Source: Catajapyx aquilonaris (lineage: Eukaryota). From it: a DNA stretch of 51,726 nt. How positions within the stretch are numbered: position 1 is the first letter of the stretch; every line of letters starts with the position of its first letter. The stretch covers positions 1 to 51,726 of the forward strand of contig KZ538720.1 in NCBI GenBank assembly GCA_000934665.2. Direction: 5' to 3'. The notes under the pieces were generated by a model. The model was given only the letters and a program-made list of their open reading frames with translations, did no database searches and had not been told where the DNA came from. The translations under genes and the position numbers were made by a program. Positions 49,401-51,726 of the stretch are shown in pieces.

Positions 49401-51242
49401 ATCTTATTATTTCATACCCTGTGCTAGAGCCTTTGGCTCCTTAGGGGGGTGGATTACCACCATTGGATGGGACCAGGAATAGGAAAGGAAGGAAGCGGCT
49501 GTGGCCTATTTTTACGGAAACGACCCCGGAATTGTCCTGGAGGGGACCATGGAAAACCACAGAAAACCATGGTCAGGGTCGCCGGCCCGGGGATTCGAAC
49601 TCAGGACCTCCCGATGAGCAGGCGAGCTCCTTGTCCCCTACACCAACCTGATTCGGTACATGTAAGGGACATAATCACATTCACAACCTAGGGCAGTTTG
49701 GGTACAATGGAAATCGGACTGCATATAAGCATTTGGGGGTATGGTCACTCCACCAGACACACTAGGAGTAGGATCATCTCAGGCATTTAAAAAGCTTTGA
49801 TACACAATTGGTGTTCAACGATGGCTCTGGCAATGTGTTATTTGACTGGTAGTGGTAGCATTATAATGGCTCAACCAAATAATAAAAATCCGTAAGTTAT
49901 TTGTTTGTTATTGAGAAAAATTTTCTTATCGCCCAAACACGTCCTATTTGACATTTTCAGCTAAATCCTTCACTTTACAAGACTAGTACCATTTTCATCT
50001 GTTCTGAAGCACAAACTAGCACAAATGCATATGGCATTCTGGTATTTCTTAAGTGAACAAACATGTAGTAGAACACCTTTATGAGGGCTTGGAAAACTTC
50101 ATGTGACCTAAACCAATAAACAAAATGCCACAGGACTTTTTGATTCAGAATGTTTCATGAAGTTTCATCTTTTAAACATATTTTACAAATACCCTGTATA
50201 TGTACATAAAGGTACCCTATATTTACTAGGTACAGTCAATAAAAAATGAGCTGAATTTATTTAGGAAAACCTATAGGACAGGTAATAATGCTGATTGGTA
50301 GGGATAATGTTCAAACCTTAAAGAAAATCATGCACATGGTCATGTGTGGATAGAGGGAGCAGGTTTCGCATCACATGATCGAAAGGAAAGCGACCCACCG
50401 AAATCGTCTTCCAAGGTCAGTCCTTGCATATGATAATGCCACGATAATGCCCACCCCCATAGAGCAAAAGCCATCGAAGAACGTGTGCTCAAATTGAAGT
50501 GGTAAGTCTTCAGCTATCCACTTACTAGAGGACCGACCTGTCACCCTGTGACTTGCACATTTTTGGTGAAGTGAAGACAGCTTCATCGGATGCCGATTCC
50601 TGGCGGACGATGAAGTGAAGAAAAGTGTTTGGATGTGGTTCCAGTAACAACACAAGGCCTTCTATGATCGAAGGACATTGTATACCTAGGGTCTCCGATC
50701 TCAGTTAAATAAATGTACAAATCATCACAGGAAACTTTTGAAAAAAGGTAAAACTAAACCTTCATGTCTCTTTGAGCTAATTTTTTATGGCCTGGACGGT
50801 GCATTTGGCAGGTTGGTTCCCTTTTGATCACATGATGCAACGCCTGCTCCATCTAGCCATACTCTAGGCATAAATGTACACGTGCATAATTTTCTTTAAG
50901 ATTTAAAGTTTATCAATTGGTGTCCCACAAGTTTTCCACAATAAATTATGCTAGTTTTTTATTGACTGCACCTTATAGTAGGCATAATGGTAAAATTACA
51001 TCATTTAAATTGACTTACTTCAGCTGGAATCTAAGGGCAGACCCGGCCTCCACTACTGTAAATGAGAGCATCTCATTGAACTCGCCTATTTGGTTCCCCA
51101 CAAATGTGACCATAATGGTAGCATGTTCATTGGGTAATAATTCCATCTGTTCTGGAGTGCAACTAATGTAGGCATCAAATATTGACTGCACTTGTACAAA
51201 GCGCAGTGTTCCAGGTATATCACTCTTATTCACAACTGCAAT
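1314..51242 (-). CDS. Hydin: Hydin (hydrocephalus-inducing protein homolog), partial; 28 coding exons in this window, gene extends past both ends
   Basis: Exon peptides are colinear with mammalian HYDIN as I recall it (LSNKSLIPVQFRVRILSDG, NPCNFPVEFYNVEFDQQY, PTRGAGEKLP, YIPGIPGHF..VAHL, DCQNGVVFE). Splice sites and phases are consistent across all junctions. Confidence 0.95.
1538..1730 (-). CDS. Hydin: Hydin exon, K/Q-rich (AKKQAQTQQQ...EDGGS)
   Basis: tag acceptor, gtgaga donor; open frame, phase 0 to 1. Confidence 0.78.
1979..3267. mobile_element. hAT-type MITE carrying a nested fold-back MITE
   Basis: TIR caggggtgggcaacct / aggttgcccacccctg; 8-bp TSD ttttaggg. Confidence 0.9.
2086..2986. 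mobile_element. Fold-back Tc1/mariner-type MITE, family 1 (901 bp)
   Basis: TA|cagggtgatccaact ends; about 360-bp inverted arms, which explain the mirror ORFs 2119+ and 2627-. Confidence 0.9.
3320..3490 (-). mobile_element. Degenerate copy of the V-domain-like SINE
   Basis: Reverse complement resembles 8054-8220. Confidence 0.55.
4082..4472 (-). CDS. Hydin: Hydin exon (FQKPDCQNGVVFETL...DEQEYELL...EEMMQK)
   Basis: tag acceptor, gtattt donor; resembles DCYRGVVFDGL..REHIY..DEEEYDAL. Confidence 0.93.
4947..5258. repeat. Degenerate inverted-repeat element
   Basis: About 70-bp imperfect arms (ggggcaagat..gtgaccttggcaacc / ggttgccaaggtcac..atcttgcccc). Confidence 0.65.
5560..5730. mobile_element. 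PIF/Harbinger-type MITE
   Basis: aggcccata..cac / gtg..tatgggcct, about 65-bp arms, flanked by TGA and TAA. Confidence 0.7.
6218..6656. mobile_element. Fold-back MITE, family 2 (439 bp)
   Basis: TA|cagggtggtcac...gtgaccaccctg|TA, about 185-bp arms. Confidence 0.9.
6896..7049 (-). CDS. Hydin: Hydin exon (TSEKQLRG...IPVNVLADLLNER)
   Basis: weak aag acceptor (5' boundary uncertain), gtttgt donor; resembles LPDELLVQILAER. Confidence 0.8.
7118..7366. mobile_element. Sola-like MITE
   Basis: GAG...CTC termini (gagggatgtggtggaaaaac / gtttttccaccacacccctc), 4-bp TSD aaat. Confidence 0.7.
7840..7919. repeat. Compound (CTA)n(TAA)n microsatellite
   Basis: Read directly. Confidence 0.95.
8054..8340 (+). 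mobile_element. tRNA-derived SINE with a V-domain-like core
   Basis: A and B boxes (tggtgtagttg; gagttcaatcc), then gcgtgggttttctcagggttctcccatttcctcccacaatc; 3' end approximate. Confidence 0.7.
9057..9143. repeat. (ATT)n microsatellite, tail of a truncated retroposon 3' end at 9029-9053
   Basis: cccc..tatcacggggta followed by (att)n. Confidence 0.9.
9146..9175 (-). mobile_element. Helitron-like 3' terminus
   Basis: Minus strand acccgggcaacgctgggt hairpin followed by CTAG|T. Confidence 0.6.
9963..10139 (-). CDS. Hydin: Hydin exon (YSFIASAASKKFNLPLLDLDSIIEE...KASRA)
   Basis: cag acceptor, gtgagt donor; resembles AKYYNAACLSIDSIVLE. Confidence 0.85.
10968..11126 (-). CDS. Hydin: Hydin exon (YIEYLRSAG...GTVIICHGAPNS)
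   Basis: cag acceptor, gtaagg donor; start of the adenylate-kinase-like region. Confidence 0.88.
13308..13451 (-). CDS. Hydin: Hydin exon, low-complexity linker (SRNKPTPTPS...EQAVLVL)
   Basis: tag acceptor, gtgagt donor; open phase 1 to 1; not supported by homology. Confidence 0.7.
14387..14625 (-). CDS. Hydin: Hydin exon (QYKEEERLM...PTRGAGEKLP...SRK)
   Basis: cag acceptor; donor gttagt, with an alternative same-phase gtaagg donor ending the exon at 14393. Confidence 0.9.
14768..15427. mobile_element. (TG/CA)n-bounded element with internal gtccccac and cctcacaaggat repeats and (TAGGG)n/(TTAGG)n tracts; possibly CACTA-like
   Basis: Repeats read directly; classification is inference. Confidence 0.5.
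16309..16870. mobile_element. Fold-back MITE, family 3, copy 1 (562 bp)
   Basis: TA|cagggtgtttattgtaac; about 190-bp arms; near-identical to copies at 24550 and 51536. Confidence 0.93.
16875..17185 (+). mobile_element. SINE family A
   Basis: Homologous to 728-1015; (att)n tail. Confidence 0.88.
17193..17535 (-). mobile_element. tRNA-derived SINE, family B
   Basis: Minus-strand A box tggtgctgcggt and B box ggttcgatccc; homologous to 18807-19138 and 25988-26267. Confidence 0.85.
17545..17910. mobile_element. Fold-back MITE, family 4 (366 bp)
   Basis: TA|cagggtgatcaaac; about 165-bp arms. Confidence 0.92.
17928..18235 (+). mobile_element. SINE family A inserted into the left TIR of MITE family 5
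   Basis: TSD tatacagggtagt at 17915-17927 and 18236-18248. Confidence 0.88.
18240..18801. mobile_element. Fold-back MITE, family 5 (562 bp)
   Basis: cagggtagtcggtaaatggcgcac / gtgcgccatttaccgaccaccctg; about 270-bp arms. Confidence 0.92.
18807..19138 (-). mobile_element. SINE family B, founder of the insertion stack
   Basis: 16-bp TSD gataaaaatattattt at 16287-16302 and 19139-19154. Confidence 0.85.
20426..20643 (-). CDS. Hydin: Hydin exon (MNYETQL...GQGVEPKLEF...NPCNFPVEFYNVEFDQ)
   Basis: cag acceptor, gtacgt donor; strongly conserved motif. Confidence 0.94.
20649..20744. repeat. (AAT)n(CAT)n microsatellite abutting a splice acceptor
   Basis: Read directly. Confidence 0.95.
20876..21016. 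mobile_element. Short TA-flanked palindromic MITE (141 bp)
   Basis: ta|ctatcagtccaccaagaat / attcttggtggactgatag|ta. Confidence 0.85.
21083..21266 (-). CDS. Hydin: Hydin exon (GEVLCKFK...PVSGVLIPGQ...RPNIE)
   Basis: cag acceptor, gtaaac donor. Confidence 0.9.
21344..21483 (-). CDS. Hydin: Hydin exon (VVNGLVIPI...FGQVKCGDCLV..AEN)
   Basis: cag acceptor, gtttgc donor; CG.CLV motif. Confidence 0.9.
21749..21996 (-). CDS. Hydin: Hydin exon (DMGYAVPGEVV...RIIHLE)
   Basis: aag acceptor, gtgagt donor; resembles DFGYIILGEV. Confidence 0.88.
22104..22251 (-). CDS. Hydin: Hydin exon (SHAPPNYILT...VDLPNYVT)
   Basis: cag acceptor, gtaagg donor, ends phase 1. Confidence 0.85.
22400..22600 (-). CDS. 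Hydin: Hydin exon (VAHLIPFEITVVGEGVYPQI...WLVIEN)
   Basis: rare gag acceptor, gtgagc donor; resembles IAHLDPENITLSGEGIFP. Confidence 0.88.
23716..23968. repeat. Inverted-repeat element
   Basis: gaagaccttgggggaaga..aaggtccact / agtggacctt..tcttcccccaaggtcttc. Confidence 0.6.
24214..24453 (-). CDS. Hydin: Hydin exon (LFAERAIRHITIKN...YIPGIPGHFKHTVILQ)
   Basis: cag acceptor, gtgagt donor. Confidence 0.92.
24550..25111. mobile_element. Fold-back MITE, family 3, copy 2 (opposite orientation to copy 1)
   Basis: Same ends and 562-bp length; asymmetric centre is inverted. Confidence 0.93.
25214..25423 (-). CDS. Hydin: Hydin exon (LFDITPMEG...LVDFGLM)
   Basis: cag acceptor, gtcagt donor; resembles VFDILPLFG..GPTYEI. 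Confidence 0.92.
25491..25972 (-). mobile_element. SINE family A, long variant with a poly-G/C run
   Basis: Head at 25972, TSD tacaaagtcacagt. Confidence 0.85.
25988..26267 (-). mobile_element. SINE family B, 5'-truncated
   Basis: Homologous to 18807-19080; TSD ttacaaagtcacagtt. Confidence 0.85.
26494..27405 (+). mobile_element. Decayed mariner element (transposase pseudogene)
   Basis: ta|cgagggctgttcaaaaaa / tttttgaacaaccctca TIRs; remnants SKVKVTLVVFLDWKGIL and SPDLASLDFLLYSKLK. Confidence 0.88.
27838..28728. mobile_element. Mariner-derived non-autonomous element with a nested SINE
   Basis: ta|cgagggcagtaccaaaatgattt / aatcattttggtacggccctca|ta. Confidence 0.8.
28107..28412 (+). mobile_element. 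tRNA-Gly-like SINE with a (CAAA)n tail
   Basis: gcatggtggtctagtgg..gcgggaggtccgggtttcaaatccc; TSD aaagtcact(a/g)gagg. Confidence 0.8.
28730..28852. mobile_element. pogo/Tigger-type MITE end, relative of 39911-40238
   Basis: gataatcagggttctactg|ta; reverse complement resembles 39911-40040. Confidence 0.7.
28902..29195 (-). CDS. Hydin: Hydin exon, poorly conserved linker (RDMALMKT...PLNPQLND)
   Basis: tttcag acceptor, gtgagt donor, phase 0; joins to LFDITP. Confidence 0.75.
30700..31020 (-). mobile_element. RTE-clade LINE reverse-transcriptase C-terminal fragment
   Basis: YGSEAW..EMRYLR..GVTKLDRIRNEEI..LKWFNHVERM. Confidence 0.9.
31424..31548. repeat. Near-perfect hairpin within a Harbinger-like composite
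   Basis: ccggcctcagtataacttagaa..attgccatagcaatc / gattgctatggcaat..ttctaagttatactgaggccgg. Confidence 0.8.
31575..31641. mobile_element. Terminal fragment of fold-back MITE family 1
   Basis: Matches 2919-2986. Confidence 0.8.
32021..32221 (-). CDS. Hydin: Hydin exon (DVINLQGEIFFPNI...VSPFPVDYKWYF...SSSDQ)
   Basis: tag acceptor, gtcagc donor; resembles LRGEVHYPNL..NCSPLVVKFRWFF. Confidence 0.9.
32306..32541 (-). CDS. Hydin: Hydin exon (ELRLLNHCKLP...ISYKEHPQE)
   Basis: cag acceptor, gtagta donor; Y.EHPQ motif. Confidence 0.9.
33001..33470. mobile_element. Mariner remnant with an inverted duplication of the transposase 3' end
   Basis: ta|cgagggtgaatc start; SGMEK..WDKCI..DY remnant present in both orientations. 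Confidence 0.65.
33640..33821 (-). CDS. Hydin: Hydin exon (VHRVEERIFCHAIIG...PLAEKV)
   Basis: cag acceptor, gtatgt donor; CHAIIG motif. Confidence 0.92.
33878..33961 (-). CDS. Hydin: Hydin exon (NIFEITPKRMELEAHQSEKIVIRVGSD)
   Basis: tag acceptor, gtaag donor; followed by a 56-nt intron. Confidence 0.88.
34020..34444. mobile_element. Fold-back MITE, family 6 (425 bp)
   Basis: ta|cagcgtgtccatgaattgaccagtc / gactggtcaattcacggacaccctg|ta. Confidence 0.85.
34822..35380. mobile_element. Fold-back MITE, family 7 (559 bp)
   Basis: ta|cagggtgtatcagagtca; about 265-bp arms; mirror ORFs 34901- and 34984+. Confidence 0.92.
35405..35814 (-). mobile_element. SINE family A, long variant
   Basis: TSD actggagacctc at 35393 and 35815. 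Confidence 0.85.
36558..36689 (-). CDS. Hydin: Hydin exon (HRPIKREFEISNRGKALHRLVW...KEEP)
   Basis: cag acceptor, gtaagt donor; resembles FKLINKGRRIQQLFW. Confidence 0.88.
36913..37304. mobile_element. Sola-like MITE with a nested small inverted-repeat element (37016-37132)
   Basis: gaggcgttgacatgg / ccatgtcaacgcctc, TSD aaat. Confidence 0.75.
38396..38634 (-). CDS. Hydin: Hydin exon (ESECNVWKIEPAMG...LDFGPVFT)
   Basis: tag acceptor, gtgagt donor; resembles WTIEPNEGMV..APELNLGAHFS. Confidence 0.92.
38946..39436. mobile_element. MITE-like inverted-repeat element
   Basis: caagggggtagtcac / gtgactacccccttg. Confidence 0.6.
39614..39797 (-). CDS. Hydin: Hydin exon (IKVLGTSNIL...AYFSTKL) with GC donor
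   Basis: cag acceptor; phase-0 donor CTG|gcaagt fits the next exon and the alignment. Confidence 0.88.
39911..40238. mobile_element. pogo/Tigger-type MITE
   Basis: ta|cagtagaaccctgattat / ataatcggggttctactg|ta. Confidence 0.82.
40345..40450 (+). mobile_element. Minimal retroposon insertion (3' stem-loop plus (ATT)n tail)
   Basis: 17-bp TSD agagtgaagaatcaagt at 40328-40344 and 40451-40467. Confidence 0.8.
41523..41650 (-). CDS. Hydin: Hydin exon (VEEDTMIVYSIDKMRGILLGKSHATLNLVLHVRQPGNYEDDIF)
   Basis: ttgcag acceptor, gtgaga donor; phase 0 to 2 bridges both neighbours. Confidence 0.85.
42222..43026. mobile_element. pogo-type MITE cluster
   Basis: ta|cagtgaaccctg start, ttcactg|ta end; repeated ggaaacttg..attgcggaattt motifs. 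Confidence 0.6.
42802..43016. mobile_element. hAT-type MITE inserted into the pogo TIR
   Basis: cagtggc..gccactg, 8-bp TSD ggtttcac / ggcttcac. Confidence 0.75.
44208..44941. mobile_element. Older fold-back MITE, family 8 (left tip lost)
   Basis: About 270-bp diverged arms; right end caaccctg|ta. Confidence 0.8.
45021..45478 (-). CDS. Hydin: Hydin exon (FRSRKVVCLSNKSLIP...LYLVIPQK)
   Basis: tag acceptor, gtcag donor; ORF 44910-45461. Confidence 0.93.
45910..46992 (-). mobile_element. Decayed mariner element
   Basis: ta|cgagggctgtaaataaaatagtggcaa TIRs; WEVL..PHSPDISPCDFDLISKMKEPL remnant. Confidence 0.88.
46385..46544. mobile_element. PIF/Harbinger-type palindromic MITE nested in the mariner
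   Basis: TAA|aggccatttcac...gtgaaatggcct|TAA. Confidence 0.85.
47112..47322. mobile_element. TA-flanked MITE
   Basis: cccgcgagcataaagatggag / ctccatctttatgctcgtggg. Confidence 0.75.
47608..48230. repeat. About 135-bp unit in three direct and two inverted copies
   Basis: Units start near 47608, 47743 and 47878; orientation flips at atatatata near 48000. Confidence 0.85.
48973..49040 (-). CDS. Hydin: Hydin exon (GVVSGPSLCFDQEALSFNEVAYG)
   Basis: cag acceptor, gtaag donor; resembles HYDIN GCVIGPTFHFNVPALHFGDVSFG; absent from the ORF track. Confidence 0.9.
49390..49657 (-). mobile_element. SINE family A
   Basis: TSD acatgtaagggacat at 49375 and 49658. Confidence 0.88.
50232..50797 (+). mobile_element. 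Heavily decayed mariner remnant
   Basis: Imperfect TIRs (ataaaaaatgagct / agctaattttttat); DNA and RFLADDEVKKSVWMWF remnants. Confidence 0.65.
51019..51242 (-). CDS. Hydin: Hydin exon (IAVVNKSDIPG...ALRFQLK)
   Basis: tttcag acceptor, gtaagt donor, ends phase 2; ASH/Ig-like repeat. Confidence 0.9.
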
Positions 51243-51535
51243 CTGAAACAGTGAGAGGATATGCAATTTTTATGATTATTCATAATCAAGTAAGCATGTG
51301 TGAATGTTCTACTACTCACTACACCCTCTATCAAAAGACTACTCCATTTATTATTGGTTCAACAATAAATTAATTACTCTCTAAAATGTGATCAGAACAA
51401 GATCTAATCACAAAAGTTTTGCACTGTGGGAATGCCTTGCAGGAGGGCTACTTGAGTGGCAAAAAGTCGTCCGAATCTGGACCCTGAGAAATTTTGTCTA
51501 CATCACGTCCATGCCACAAAATGCGGAAATATATA

Positions 51536-51726
51536 CAGGGTGTTTATTGTAACTATGCAAAGACTTTCAGGGGTCATAGAGGGGACCAAGACAAGTATTT
51601 TTGACATAGGAACCCGTGTCCGGAAACGCCATCTAGAGGGGGTTCATAGACAAGGAACGGGCGCGCTCAGACGCGTCAGGCGAGAGGCGCTAGGGGAGCG
51701 GACTGTTTTGTTGATAGATGGCGCTC
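51536..51726. mobile_element. Fold-back MITE, family 3, copy 3 (cut by window end)
   Basis: Matches the left arm of the 16309 and 24550 copies. Confidence 0.9.

Overview
Eukaryotic, intron-rich genomic window, most likely from an insect (inference from Lm1-like SINEs and TTAGG repeats). The whole window lies inside a minus-strand Hydin (axonemal central-pair protein) gene. I reconstructed 28 phase-consistent coding exons from 51242 down to 1314, and the gene continues beyond both ends. The introns hold many non-autonomous mobile elements: about eight unrelated families of long fold-back MITEs sharing TA|CAGGGTG...CACCCTG|TA ends, plus hAT-, Harbinger-, piggyBac-, Sola-, pogo- and mariner-type elements, a Helitron 3' end, an RTE LINE fragment and four tRNA-derived SINE families. 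Most notable: (1) a 2.8-kb stack of seven elements piled into one TA-rich point; (2) a triplicated target site used by two different SINEs; (3) a SINE 3' stem-loop that keeps its structure through compensatory changes; (4) three unrelated hairpin MITE families of 559-562 bp; (5) a GC-AG intron and a degenerate Walker A motif in Hydin. Almost all other ORF-track entries are spurious or transposon remnants. Similarities to known proteins and elements come from memory, not from database searches.
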